Assembly (NCBI GenBank): GCA_963665095.1
Contig: OY762069.1
Location: 6,496,001-6,560,000, forward strand
Direction of reading: 5' to 3'
From: an uncultured Desulfobacter sp.
GTDB lineage: Bacteria; Desulfobacterota; Desulfobacteria; Desulfobacterales; Desulfobacteraceae
DNA length: 64,000 nt
The notes below the pieces were generated by a model. That model did no database searches. It had not been told where the DNA came from and saw only the letters and a list, made by a program, of their open reading frames with translations. Every line of letters begins with the position of its first letter. Within the stretch, counting starts at the first letter, position 1. This document shows, one piece after another, positions 49,978-60,089 of this stretch. Position numbers and translations under genes: made by a program.

Positions 49978-51721
49978 GGTGTACCTCCTGGGGTGCTGCC
50001 GCCACCATATCTGTTTCCGGTGGAATATTGAGATAGTTAAAGGCCCGGGTCATGATGTTTTTAAATGCCGGGGCTGCCACAATCCCCCCGTAGTGGTTTG
50101 GTTTGGGTTCATCCACCACCACCAGGATGGCAAGGGCGGGGTTGTCAAAGGGTGCAAATCCAGCAAAGGCAGAGGTGAACCGGCTGCGGGAGTATCCTTT
50201 TTTGTCCCTGGCCGCTTTCTGGGCGGTGCTGGTTTTTCCGCACACCTGGTATCCCGGCATGGCAGCCAGAACGCCTGTGCCTTCTTTCTGGACAACCCGG
50301 GCCATCATCTTTTTAACAATCCGGGCCGTGTCAGGGGATATTACCTGGCGGACGGGGCAGGGGGTATTTTCTTTAATGATGTCTCCGCTGCAGGACTGAA
50401 TTTTTTTAATGAGCAAAGGTTTCATCAGCTTGCCGTCATTGGCAATGGCGGATATGGCACTGATCAGCTGTACGGCGGTGACTGAAATGCCCTGGCCAAA
50501 TGACATGGCCACGGCATCAATTTTGCTCCATCGGTCCAGGGGTAAAAGCTGCCCCGGGCTCTCTCCGGGGCAGCCAAGATCGGTTCTGGTCCCAAATCCG
50601 AACGCCTCAAGGTAAAAGTGCAGGGCCCTGGGGCCAAGATCCAGGGCAATTTTTGCCGCCCCGATATTGGAGGAAAATTTCACCACCTGGCTTGGGGTGA
50701 GGTAATCATGGGGGTGGGTGTCGTGGATGGCATATCTGCCGACCTTGAACGTGCCGTTTTCACAATTGACAATGGTGGTGGGGGACATGCCCCCTTCAAT
50801 GGCCGCCGCCACTGTGATCACCTTCATGATGGAGCCGGGCTCAAAGGGGTCGGTGACGGCCCGGTTGATGTAGTTGGTTCGGCTGTATTCACTGAAGCTG
50901 TTGGGGTTGAACTCCGGGTAGTGTGCCATGGCCAAAAGTTCGCCTGTGGATGGTTTCATGACCAGGGCCATGCCGGATTTTCCCTTGTGGTCTTTCACCG
51001 CCTGAGCCAGTGCCTGTTCACTGAAAAACTGGATTTTTTTGTCCAGGGTCAGGACAATGGTGTTGCCCTTCAGGTCCCCGCGCAGATTTTTGCCTGTGGA
51101 TAAGATGTTCCGGTTGCCGTCTCTTCGTTCCTGTGTTTTAAGGGTACGGCCTTCAAGCGTGGTGTTGTATTCATATTCCAGTCCTTCAAGCCCGTGGTCG
51201 TCTTTCCCTGTAAAGCCGATGACCTGGGCCGCCAGGCAGCGGTTGGGATAAAACCGTTTGGAGTCATCCAGAATATAGATGCCGGCGATATTCAGGGCCT
51301 TTATCTCATTGGCCCTGGCAGGGGGGACCCGGCGGGCCAAAAGAGCAAACCGGCCCTTTCGGCATAGCTGGGCCTTTAGTTCGGATTTGCCGGTATCCAG
51401 AATTTTGGCAAGGGCGGCAGCTGTCTTTTCAGGATCTGTTATCTGCATGGGGTCGGCAGTGATGTTGCACGCTTCGATGCTGGCCCCTAACCTGTTTAAA
51501 TGGCGGTCCAGGATCAGGCCCCGGTCTCCCTGGATGGTAATGGTTTTTACGTAGGTGTCTTCGGCAATCTGCCGAAGATTTTCCCCCTGGAGAATCTGAA
51601 TATCAAAGGAACGGGCTCCCATCAGGATCAGGCATAACAGCAGTGAAAAACGGATAAACAGAATCCGTGCGCCGATTCGGTTTTTGCGGCCTGCTGCTAT
51701 TTTACGGGAATCTTTTGCCAT
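49964..51721 (-). CDS. ftsI: Class B PBP, FtsI/PBP3
   Basis: RGLILDR, GLEGLE, EPGSIMK (SxxK), SSN (SxN), GKTST (KTG variant). Start set at ATG 51721. Confidence 0.95.
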   Translation of the reverse strand: MAKDSRKIAAGRKNRIGARILFIRFSLLLCLILMGARSFDIQILQGENLRQIAEDTYVKTITIQGDRGLILDRHLNRLGASIEACNITADPMQITDPEKTAAALAKILDTGKSELKAQLCRKGRFALLARRVPPARANEIKALNIAGIYILDDSKRFYPNRCLAAQVIGFTGKDDHGLEGLEYEYNTTLEGRTLKTQERRDGNRNILSTGKNLRGDLKGNTIVLTLDKKIQFFSEQALAQAVKDHKGKSGMALVMKPSTGELLAMAHYPEFNPNSFSEYSRTNYINRAVTDPFEPGSIMKVITVAAAIEGGMSPTTIVNCENGTFKVGRYAIHDTHPHDYLTPSQVVKFSSNIGAAKIALDLGPRALHFYLEAFGFGTRTDLGCPGESPGQLLPLDRWSKIDAVAMSFGQGISVTAVQLISAISAIANDGKLMKPLLIKKIQSCSGDIIKENTPCPVRQVISPDTARIVKKMMARVVQKEGTGVLAAMPGYQVCGKTSTAQKAARDKKGYSRSRFTSAFAGFAPFDNPALAILVVVDEPKPNHYGGIVAAPAFKNIMTRAFNYLNIPPETDMVAAAPQEVHHVAD

Positions 51722-51722
51722 G

Positions 51723-52034
51723 CTAATTGCTGTCTCCTGGCAGATAAATGGGCTGGTTAAGCGTATCCGGCACCATCCCCAGCCGGGAATGGGCAATGTA
51801 CATAATCCTGCCTTCGGATTTGAGCCGTTCAATTTCAACGCCCAGGGCCTGGCGGTACTCTGCCAGGTCACGAAGCTGGGTTCGGGTTTTGGATATCTGC
51901 TGCATGGCCTGGCTGGATTCGCTGCGGATCCAGGCATTAAGGATCAGCTGAGCCACCAGCAGCATGATAAGGAAAAACCAGCGCAACCCCTTGCGATCCT
52001 GGGCCGGGGCTGTTTGTTTTTTCGCCATGATCAA
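51723..52034 (-). CDS. ftsL: Cell division protein FtsL
   Basis: Single TM plus coiled coil with RI..IA..RLGM; located between rsmH and ftsI. Confidence 0.8.
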   Translation of the reverse strand: MIMAKKQTAPAQDRKGLRWFFLIMLLVAQLILNAWIRSESSQAMQQISKTRTQLRDLAEYRQALGVEIERLKSEGRIMYIAHSRLGMVPDTLNQPIYLPGDSN

Positions 52035-52052
52035 TGTTTGGAATCCTTATCT

Positions 52053-52991
52053 TTATATTTTCTGTGCCACCCGCAGTTTGGCACTCCTTGCCATGGGGTT
52101 TTGCTGCGTTTCAGACAAGTCTGCCGTCACAGGCTTTCTTGTGATGGATTTCATTTGCTGCACAAATCCACAGACACACCGGGGCAGCTGGCTCGGACAG
52201 GTACAGCCGTTTTCAAAGGCACGCAGGCGCTGCTTGACGATGCGGTCCTCCAGGGAGTGAAAGGAGATAACACAGATACGCCCGCCCTTGGCCAGCATGT
52301 CAGGCACAGCCTGCATGAAAGCATTCAGGCGTTCAAGCTCCTGGTTTACTTCAATGCGCAATGCCTGAAATACCCGGGTGGCCGGGTGGATCTTCTGCCT
52401 GGCGGCAGCGCCGGCCGGAACAGCCTGTGCCACGGTTTCGGCCAGGGTTCGGCTGCTGTCAATGGGGCCTGTCAACCGTTTTTCAACAATTGATCTGGCA
52501 ATTCTTCTTGAGAATTTCTCTTCCCCGTATGTAAAAAAAATATCTGCCAACTGTTTTTCCGTATAGGTATTTACCACGTGCTCTGCAGTTAACGGATTGC
52601 GGACATCCATTCGCATATCCAGGGGTTCATCCTTTTTAAAGCTGAATCCCCGTTTACTTTGTGTCAGTTGGTTAAGTGAAAAGCCTAAGTCAAGAAGAAT
52701 GCTGTTAACTCCACTGATGCCGGCATCTTTGAGAATACCGGGCAGATCGCTGAAGTTATTATGGTACAGCCGGACATTGTCCTTGAAAGGATGAAGCACG
52801 GTTTTCGCGTTGGCAATGGCATCCATATCCTGATCGATGCCGATGAGTAACCCGTCGGGTCCAATGGACTTGAGGCTGGAAAGTGCATGACCGCATCCGC
52901 CTAAGGTGCAGTCCACACAGATGTCACCCGGTTGAAGATTTTGGTACGCATGCACCTGGGACGGCATAACAGAGGTATGTTCAAACCCCAT
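52053..52991 (-). CDS. rsmH: 16S rRNA m4C1402 methyltransferase
   Basis: DCTLGGCGH, RGFSF, LDMRM, HPATRVFQALRIEVN, SFHSLEDRIVK, RSAKLR. Confidence 0.97.
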   Translation of the reverse strand: MGFEHTSVMPSQVHAYQNLQPGDICVDCTLGGCGHALSSLKSIGPDGLLIGIDQDMDAIANAKTVLHPFKDNVRLYHNNFSDLPGILKDAGISGVNSILLDLGFSLNQLTQSKRGFSFKKDEPLDMRMDVRNPLTAEHVVNTYTEKQLADIFFTYGEEKFSRRIARSIVEKRLTGPIDSSRTLAETVAQAVPAGAAARQKIHPATRVFQALRIEVNQELERLNAFMQAVPDMLAKGGRICVISFHSLEDRIVKQRLRAFENGCTCPSQLPRCVCGFVQQMKSITRKPVTADLSETQQNPMARSAKLRVAQKI

Positions 52992-52992
52992 G

Positions 52993-53439
52993 TTATAGTC
53001 CTATGGCAGCAACTTCTTCCCTGACATCCTCTTGCTCAAGCTCCTGCTCCATTGTCTGCTGCTCCTGTTCCCATTTTTCCCTGGCCCAGATCTCAAAACG
53101 ATCCAGAACCCCCACAAGGACGATTTCTTTGTCTATACCGGCATAGGTTCTAAGGTTCTGGGGAATCAGCACCCTGTCCTGCTTGTCGCATTTCAGCTGA
53201 CAGGCATTGCCCAGAAACCACCGTTTGAACCTCTGCATCGCAGCGCTGGTGGCCGTCTTGAAACGGTCTACAATATTTTTCCATTCGCTGACGGTAAAGG
53301 CATAAATACATCCGTCCTTGATGGATACCACAATCCCGTACTCATCCTCGGCCTGAAGCACCTTCCGGAACCGCGCCGGGATGATGAACCTGCCTTTTGG
53401 ATCTATGGTATGAAAGGAACTGGATTGAAACACTTGCAA
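52993..53439 (-). CDS. mraZ: Transcriptional regulator MraZ
   Basis: IDPKGRFIIPARFR, DKQDRVLIP, GVLDRFEIW. Confidence 0.95.
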   Translation of the reverse strand: MQVFQSSSFHTIDPKGRFIIPARFRKVLQAEDEYGIVVSIKDGCIYAFTVSEWKNIVDRFKTATSAAMQRFKRWFLGNACQLKCDKQDRVLIPQNLRTYAGIDKEIVLVGVLDRFEIWAREKWEQEQQTMEQELEQEDVREEVAAIGL

Positions 53440-53460
53440 ACGCCTTTTTTAAAACTACAT

Positions 53461-53486
53461 CCACTTTACACCCACCTTGCTGCCAC
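53461..53486 (-). promoter_or_regulatory. Putative MraZ operator (three GTGG boxes)
   Basis: CCAC at 53461, 53472 and 53483 (11-bp period), next to a candidate promoter TTGACT-16-TAAAAG. Confidence 0.6.
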
Positions 53487-53748
53487 TTTTACGAAAAATA
53501 TAAGAGAAGTCAAGCGAAATTTTGGAAACTTTGAAAAAAAAGTTCTTGAATTACCTGTTAATAAAACAAATTTTACGATAAGGCAAGGGGGGGGAGGCGG
53601 GTGGAGGATTATGGAAGAGGAGGGGTGTTATCAGGGGTATTGTTTAAAAATATGATTTTAAATCAGATAATTAGCTGGTTCCACCACTGTCTCTATGGCA
53701 TGGTGGTAGGATTGTGGAGGAGAGGTGGATAGAATATGGCAACTTCTG

Positions 53749-55302
53749 TCATGAGGCCAGCAGTTGTCTGACGGCACCGGTAAGTTCCTCAAACCCATAG
53801 GGCCTGGTTATAACACCTGTCAGACCGAGATCCTTGTACCCAGACAGGGCCAGTGCGCCGGCATCCCCTGTGGTGGCAGCAATCCGGGCTGACGGATCAA
53901 TATCCAGAATGGTTTTTACCGTCTTAAGTTTCTCCGTGTCCCCGGGTGTTTTTAAGTCCATAATCATCAGGTCAAAGGAGACCTTCTCTTTCATGGCCTC
54001 CCGGTACAAGGCCACTGCTTCCTGCCCGTCCCGGGCCAAACTGACTTTGTACCCCGAGTTTTCCAGAATTTTTTGGGTAATGGCACGAACCGGGGTTTCA
54101 TCATCCACCACCAGGATACTGGCCCGGCCATCAGCCTGTCGGCTGTTGTCTGCTGCTGTTCTCCGGTTCGGTCGCGTCTTTATCCGGGCCGGCAGATACA
54201 CAGTGGCAACCGTACCCTCCCCGAGCTGGGAGGCAACGGTTAGATGGCCTTTATGCCGGTTGACGATGGAGTAGCAGATGGACAGCCCCATGCCGCAGGC
54301 ATCCTGCCGGGTGGTGAAGTAGGGGTCAAATATCCTGTTCAGGTATTTTTCCGAGATGCCTTCCCCCTGGTCCCGGAAGACCAGTTTAATATATGCCCCT
54401 TTGGCAATGGTCAGAAGATTGTCCTTTAACAGGTGTGAATTTGAAATTTCAATACAAAGTGTGCCTTGTTCGTTCATGGCCTGGCGGGCATTCACCACTA
54501 TATTGCCCACCACCTGCTCCAGTTGTTTTTTGTCTGCGTGGATCAGCCACAAATCTTCGGGGGCGGTCAGTTCTATACGGACATCGGAACCGGCAAGGTT
54601 CAAACCCGCGATGTCCCGGATCATGGGTACAGGGTTGAAATACTCTTTAAGAGGAGAGCCACCTTTGGCAAAGGTTAACAGCTGACGGGTCAGCCGGACC
54701 GCCTCTTCCATGGAGGATTCCGCCTTTTGAAGGTGGGCCAGAACCTTGGGCTTTTCTCTGGCCTCCAGTTTGGCCAGGGTAATGTTTCCATAGAGCCCGG
54801 TCATAATATTATTGAAATTATGGGCAATTCCGCCGGCAAGCGCGCCGATGGATTTCAGTCGTTCGGCATTCAGGCGGGTCTGCGAGGACTTGTCTTCTCC
54901 ATTCGGCTCTGGTCTTTTTTTTACCAGAACCTGGTATGTGCAGGCATCCTGGCCGGTATCGGGGGCCTGGCAGATAAACAGATCAACAGACTGAGGCTCA
55001 CCGGTTTTCAGATGTATCCGGGTGCTTACACTGATCAGGGGGCGGTCAGACAGTTTGACATGCAGCGGCAGGACAAGACCATTCTGGATAAGTTCGGGAA
55101 ACAGTGCATCAAGAGGGCTGTTACCAAGCTCTTCAGGCTCATACAAACACAGCCGGGTAACGCTGTTATTGGCTTTAAGAATGGTGCCGCGGTCAGATAA
55201 AAGCAGCAGCGCATCCTCTGAATTTTCAAAGTATGACTGAAAAGCAGCGTTAATCTCACTCTGAGCCGCCTCTTCAAACATGGTCTGCTGGATAGGGCTC
55301 AT
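53749..55302 (-). CDS. PAS-domain hybrid histidine kinase/response regulator
   Basis: PAS-like N-terminus, GIAHNFNN H-box, NARQAM, DQGEGI, PYFTT, GMGLS; receiver with VVDDE and IMDL. Confidence 0.92.
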   Translation of the reverse strand: MSPIQQTMFEEAAQSEINAAFQSYFENSEDALLLLSDRGTILKANNSVTRLCLYEPEELGNSPLDALFPELIQNGLVLPLHVKLSDRPLISVSTRIHLKTGEPQSVDLFICQAPDTGQDACTYQVLVKKRPEPNGEDKSSQTRLNAERLKSIGALAGGIAHNFNNIMTGLYGNITLAKLEAREKPKVLAHLQKAESSMEEAVRLTRQLLTFAKGGSPLKEYFNPVPMIRDIAGLNLAGSDVRIELTAPEDLWLIHADKKQLEQVVGNIVVNARQAMNEQGTLCIEISNSHLLKDNLLTIAKGAYIKLVFRDQGEGISEKYLNRIFDPYFTTRQDACGMGLSICYSIVNRHKGHLTVASQLGEGTVATVYLPARIKTRPNRRTAADNSRQADGRASILVVDDETPVRAITQKILENSGYKVSLARDGQEAVALYREAMKEKVSFDLMIMDLKTPGDTEKLKTVKTILDIDPSARIAATTGDAGALALSGYKDLGLTGVITRPYGFEELTGAVRQLLAS

Positions 55303-55412
55303 TTTTCCCTGCTGTCTTTGTTAAGGTAAATGCTTTAGCCGTTCAAACAAAGGTTCCCGTTCAGACATGATATATCAGGCTGACATCCTGATCCTCAATA
55401 TTTAAAGTGTGC

Positions 55413-56135
55413 TTAAAGTTCCCTTGCAACGGTCTGGCGAACCTGGTCGACTTTTTCATTCAGTTCTGCCTTGCTGCAGTTCGGGATGTACACAGGCGGG
55501 TGAATGACAAGATCCACAGTGCCCGGCACAAGGTCCAGCGTGTCAGAGGGTAGAATTTTTACTGAATTTTTAATGGTCACCGGCAACACAGGCAGGCCGG
55601 TGGTCATGGCAAAAATAAATGCCCCTTTTTTAAAAGGCAGAAGTTTAACGCCTCTGGATCTTGTTCCTTCTGCAAAAAAAAGAACACTGGCTTTGTCTGA
55701 CAAAGTTTTCTTTGCTGCTTCTATGGATCTTATGGCTGCATCCGGATGCGAGCGGTCAACATAAATGCAGCCTAAATATGAGCAGGCTTTACTGAAAACA
55801 GGAATGTTTTTAAGTTCCTGTTTCATCACCCATTTGATGTTAAGTCCTGTAAAACCGTGCAGCACAGGAATATCCACCATGCTTTGGTGGTTGGAGACCA
55901 CCACGTAGGGAGATCCGGGATTATAGTTCTCTCTTCCCAGGATTCTGACCCGTAACGGCACCGTGGCACAAAATATCCTGGCCCAGGTCACGGCCAGCAT
56001 ATCAGCTCTGTCGGGGCCAAAAATTGCCCCGACAAAGATACAGATGATACCCATGACCAGGGTGTTTAACACCATGGCTGGGATGACGATCAGCCATTTG
56101 TATGGCTGGTAGGCTATTTTAAATAGGGCCTTCAC
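55413..56135 (-). CDS. plsC: 1-acyl-sn-glycerol-3-phosphate acyltransferase family
   Basis: NHQSMVD, FAEGTRS, PFKKGAF, LPVLPV. Confidence 0.9.
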   Translation of the reverse strand: MKALFKIAYQPYKWLIVIPAMVLNTLVMGIICIFVGAIFGPDRADMLAVTWARIFCATVPLRVRILGRENYNPGSPYVVVSNHQSMVDIPVLHGFTGLNIKWVMKQELKNIPVFSKACSYLGCIYVDRSHPDAAIRSIEAAKKTLSDKASVLFFAEGTRSRGVKLLPFKKGAFIFAMTTGLPVLPVTIKNSVKILPSDTLDLVPGTVDLVIHPPVYIPNCSKAELNEKVDQVRQTVAREL

Positions 56136-57157
56136 TTAGTGCTGGATTCAGCGCTGTCCTGTTTTTCAATGCCAAGCAGTTTGTCAGTATACGAATTGAT
56201 GTCTTCAGCTTTAAACCCTTTCAGGGTAAACGCATAGGGAATAGATGAGCAGATCGCCTCCACGTCTTTTTCAGCATCTTTCTGATCAAATAAATTTAGA
56301 ACAAAATTCCGGTCATTTTCAAGTAAAATTTTGCAGGCCGGCATTTCCTTCGTAAGTACAGTTGCCCTCTCCTCGTCCACAAAAGAGTCACATGCCAGTT
56401 TGGACAGGGATGACAGAAGGTCGGACACACTGTCTTTATCCACAGGTGTGCCATCCTGGTTCTGCCAGACAAATTTTACTTTGCCGGCTGCGGCTTTGGT
56501 ATCAGCAGGTTCTTCTGTATTCTGATCCGTGCTGTCGGTTTGTTTGGGGTCTGTCTTCTCTTCGGGCAGTGCCACTTTGACCAGGGTCACGGTGTTGCCC
56601 TGTTTATCCACTGTGATTTTTTTAATGCTGTCCGCTTCAAATTCCAGAACCTTTTTGTCCCTGAAATCCTGCACGGTTTTGTCAAACTGGTCTTTGAAAT
56701 TTCCATTGGCCTGATATACCATCTTGTTTTGTTCATCCAGGCAGATAAAGGTGTGGTTATGGGAGGGGGCAGTTTTTCCCACGAAAAAGGAGTGAAGCAC
56801 ATCCTTGTCTGCAAAGGCGGTGACCCTTACAGCATTGGCATCATCAAGTTCATACCGGGACAGATCCTTTGCCTCGGACACGAGAGCCGACAGACGCAGC
56901 GCCTTTAAGGTGGCAAGCATCTGGGTGACCTGGGCCTGGTCTGCCGGGTATTTTTTGTCGGTCAGGGTCCAGCCTTTTTCATCCTTGTTCAGGACCACTT
57001 TGCGGTCTGCCTTTACAATTTCCATATGGTTGACACGATCTGTGTCCACCTGGGGCAGGGTCGGCAGTTCGTAATGGACCTGGTTGTCCTTTTTCAGATA
57101 AAGATAGGCGCTCAAACCGATAATCAAGACAATAAGGATAATATATTCTTTTTTCAT
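56132..57157 (-). CDS. DUF4340-like membrane-anchored periplasmic protein
   Basis: N-terminal TM, KYPAD, VGK.AP, FRDK; usual position after a GldG-like gene. Confidence 0.7.
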   Translation of the reverse strand: MKKEYIILIVLIIGLSAYLYLKKDNQVHYELPTLPQVDTDRVNHMEIVKADRKVVLNKDEKGWTLTDKKYPADQAQVTQMLATLKALRLSALVSEAKDLSRYELDDANAVRVTAFADKDVLHSFFVGKTAPSHNHTFICLDEQNKMVYQANGNFKDQFDKTVQDFRDKKVLEFEADSIKKITVDKQGNTVTLVKVALPEEKTDPKQTDSTDQNTEEPADTKAAAGKVKFVWQNQDGTPVDKDSVSDLLSSLSKLACDSFVDEERATVLTKEMPACKILLENDRNFVLNLFDQKDAEKDVEAICSSIPYAFTLKGFKAEDINSYTDKLLGIEKQDSAESSTK

Positions 57158-57179
57158 GGTTTTTCCTTGGCTAGGTTAT

Positions 57180-59381
57180 TTAACTGAACATCCGTGCAAT
57201 TTTTTTCTTCTTCATGCTCCTGAAAAACCAGACGCCTATGCCGAACAGGAACACCAGCACACAAAGCCCTGCGGTGTTGAATGCCTTGATGATATTTTTG
57301 GTTAAAGGTCCGGTTTCGGCAATGGGATTCAGGGTCTGCTGCTTACTTCTGAGCTCAGCTGTGCTGTCATCTGCGTTGAGATGGTCAACGGCATTGAGCA
57401 GGAAGGTGGCGTTGGTGGTACGGCCCTGTTCATCCAGCATGTTGTCATACAGAACCTGACTGCACCCTAACACAAAGACCTTTGCCGGTGCGCTGCTTTC
57501 AATGATACGGTTGCTGGCCTCAAGCCCTTCAAGGGTTTTGGCTGGCTCATCTGCTGCTGGTTTGTCAACAGCTGTGTCGTTGTTTTCTGTATCTGCATCG
57601 GGCGTGTCAGTGTCGCCTACCTCTTTTTCAGGCACCTGCTTGCCTTTAAAGTATGAGGTAAACTCTCCCTCCAGAATATAGGCCAGGTCATGGGAGGAGA
57701 GATCTTTGTCTGTTGATGGCGGGCTTAGGAACATGGGATTCAGGTTAATATTATCCTCCATGAGCCACGCCTGGTCAGAGGAGGCCAGAAGCCTGATTGC
57801 TGTTACCTTTGCCTCATCCTGACCGCCCTTGACAGGGGTGACAGGGGAGCTTTGCATGACCACAAGGCCCTTGATGCTCTTCATGAAGGCGGGATCATTG
57901 TTGATGCCTTCCTCCTTGAGCACCGGTGCAAAGTAAATGGCCTGCTCGCCACCGCCCCGGGACTGGGGCAGCTGTTGTTTATAGCAGTTTTTATCCAGGA
58001 CATATGCCTTTTCAATGTCCACCCCGTAGTGCTTCAGCAGCTTCTCCAGGCCTGTGTCAATGGGGCCAAAGGAGGGCATACCCATCATGCCGCCCTGGCC
58101 CTGTTCTTCAAAGGCGTCTGCGAAAATGGCCAGATTGGTGCCTTTCATCAGGGCCTGGTCGATCTGGAACAGTTCATAATCTGAAAAATGTTTGGTGGGT
58201 TTGGCAATGATCAGGCAGTTGAGGCCTTCGGGGATGTCGTCCTTTTCCAGGGCAATCTGTCTGACATTGTATCTGGCACTTAAAAGGTTGTTGAATATGG
58301 AAAGCCCATTTCCTGCCCGGCCCTGCATCATGGCCATGCGATCCGGGCCCAGGATCGGGGTCCCGTGGTCGGACAGATACCCGATATCCTTGTTGATACC
58401 GATCATTTTTTCCATAATGGCAATAATCTCGTCGCCAAGCCCCTGGGGATCGGCCATCTGGTAGGTGGTGCCGATGATGGGAATCTCTACTGCCGTAATC
58501 AGTGGAAGGGTCTGGGTTTTGTCTTTGTATTCCACCACAAGACCGGCTGTGCCCGCACCCGCCCGGATGCTTTTTTCCGGGACATCCGGCCAGCGCATGG
58601 CCATCAGATCATACTTTCTGGCAACTTTATCAAGTTCATCAGGGTCACTGACATCTTTTCGTTCAAATTCAAAAATGCCAAGATTCTTATGGTTGAGCTT
58701 ATCCACGGCATCTGCCACAGCATCGCCAAGCCGGGGCAGGTCCGGAAGCCCGATCAGGGGTGCAATGGGGTAGAGCCCGGGGCTTAAGTACATTGTGATT
58801 TTTATTTTATCTGTCTGGCGCAGCAATGCAGAGACTTTGTTGTTCAGTTTGCGGATGGCGCAGGTGAGCTGGTATTCAAGCCCGTCCGTGGTGGTGATGG
58901 CAGGAATTTTTTCAATCAGATCGCCGTGGAGGATGACAAGCCCCATATAGGCATTTTTAAACTTGAGTTCATCATTTTCCATGACCCGGATCTGAACCGG
59001 AGATATACCGTAATCCCGGGCCATCTCCCGGTTTTTATCGGCCTTGTCCGCGATATCGGTCTCCTGGGATACATTATAGAAGGTAAAATTAAAGTACTTT
59101 CCGGCCCGGGCCGCGTATTCGGTGAGCAGGTCCCTGAGGTACCGTTCTGTGTTGTTGTGCGGTGCCGGCAGGTTTTTAGAGAAAAACACCTTGATATTGA
59201 GGGGCTCGGACAGGGTGGATACCGCCTCTTTACTGGCATCGGACAGAGAATAAATTTTGTTGTCTGTGAGATCTGCCCTGAAAAAAAGTGTCAGGCCTGC
59301 CACATTGACAAGGACAATCACCACCATATAGAGGATGAATTTCAGATAGTGTTCTTTAAGGAAACGCTTTGGCATGATCAC
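57180..59381 (-). CDS. GldG-like ABC transporter auxiliary component
   Basis: RADLTDNKIYSLS, LEYQLT, IDQALMKG; TM segments at both ends. Confidence 0.85.
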   Translation of the reverse strand: MIMPKRFLKEHYLKFILYMVVIVLVNVAGLTLFFRADLTDNKIYSLSDASKEAVSTLSEPLNIKVFFSKNLPAPHNNTERYLRDLLTEYAARAGKYFNFTFYNVSQETDIADKADKNREMARDYGISPVQIRVMENDELKFKNAYMGLVILHGDLIEKIPAITTTDGLEYQLTCAIRKLNNKVSALLRQTDKIKITMYLSPGLYPIAPLIGLPDLPRLGDAVADAVDKLNHKNLGIFEFERKDVSDPDELDKVARKYDLMAMRWPDVPEKSIRAGAGTAGLVVEYKDKTQTLPLITAVEIPIIGTTYQMADPQGLGDEIIAIMEKMIGINKDIGYLSDHGTPILGPDRMAMMQGRAGNGLSIFNNLLSARYNVRQIALEKDDIPEGLNCLIIAKPTKHFSDYELFQIDQALMKGTNLAIFADAFEEQGQGGMMGMPSFGPIDTGLEKLLKHYGVDIEKAYVLDKNCYKQQLPQSRGGGEQAIYFAPVLKEEGINNDPAFMKSIKGLVVMQSSPVTPVKGGQDEAKVTAIRLLASSDQAWLMEDNINLNPMFLSPPSTDKDLSSHDLAYILEGEFTSYFKGKQVPEKEVGDTDTPDADTENNDTAVDKPAADEPAKTLEGLEASNRIIESSAPAKVFVLGCSQVLYDNMLDEQGRTTNATFLLNAVDHLNADDSTAELRSKQQTLNPIAETGPLTKNIIKAFNTAGLCVLVFLFGIGVWFFRSMKKKKIARMFS

Positions 59382-59384
59382 TCC

Positions 59385-60089
59385 TTAATTTTTTTCTTTC
59401 ATGGCAATATCGGTTGAGAAGATGAAGATAAAGATAACGGATGCAAAGTAAACAAGATCCCGTGAATCAATCACACCCTTGGAGATGTTGGAAAAATGGG
59501 CATTGGCACCGAGGTACTGGGCAATGGGGACCACTTTTTCAGGAATGAAAAAAAGCATCCGGTCAAGAATGGTTAAGGCAAAGCACATGGCACATCCAAT
59601 GATAAAGGCAATGATCTGATTCCGGGTCAGGGCAGAGGCAAAAAGCCCGATACTGCAGTAGGCTCCCCCGAGAAGTATTGCGCCGAGATACCCCCCTAAA
59701 ACAGGACCTGGGTCCACATCCCCTATGGAGGAGATAAATATCGGATAGGAGAGGGTCGGCAGCAGCATGGCCGCTGTAAAAGCGCTGGCCGCAAGGAATT
59801 TGCCAATGGCAATATGGGAAAAGGAGACCGGCATGGTCAAAAGGCTTTCATAGGAGCCCACGTTTTTCTCTTCGGCAAACAGGCGCATGGTAACCGCCGG
59901 GATGAAGAAAGAAAAGGTCATGGGCAGCAGCGCGAAAAAATCCCTGAGATCTGCCCGGCCGTAAATAAAAAAGGTGGAAAAGAAAAACCAGCCGGAGACA
60001 ATGAGGAAAAGGGAAATTACAATATAGGCTATGGGTGAAATAAAATAGTCCTTAAATTCCTTCAGGGCTATTGTTTTGATTGGTGTCAT
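59385..60089 (-). CDS. GldF-like ABC-2 permease
   Basis: KEFKDYFISPIAY, PAVTMRLFAEEK, GKFLA, NQIIAF. Confidence 0.88.
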   Translation of the reverse strand: MTPIKTIALKEFKDYFISPIAYIVISLFLIVSGWFFFSTFFIYGRADLRDFFALLPMTFSFFIPAVTMRLFAEEKNVGSYESLLTMPVSFSHIAIGKFLAASAFTAAMLLPTLSYPIFISSIGDVDPGPVLGGYLGAILLGGAYCSIGLFASALTRNQIIAFIIGCAMCFALTILDRMLFFIPEKVVPIAQYLGANAHFSNISKGVIDSRDLVYFASVIFIFIFSTDIAMKEKN

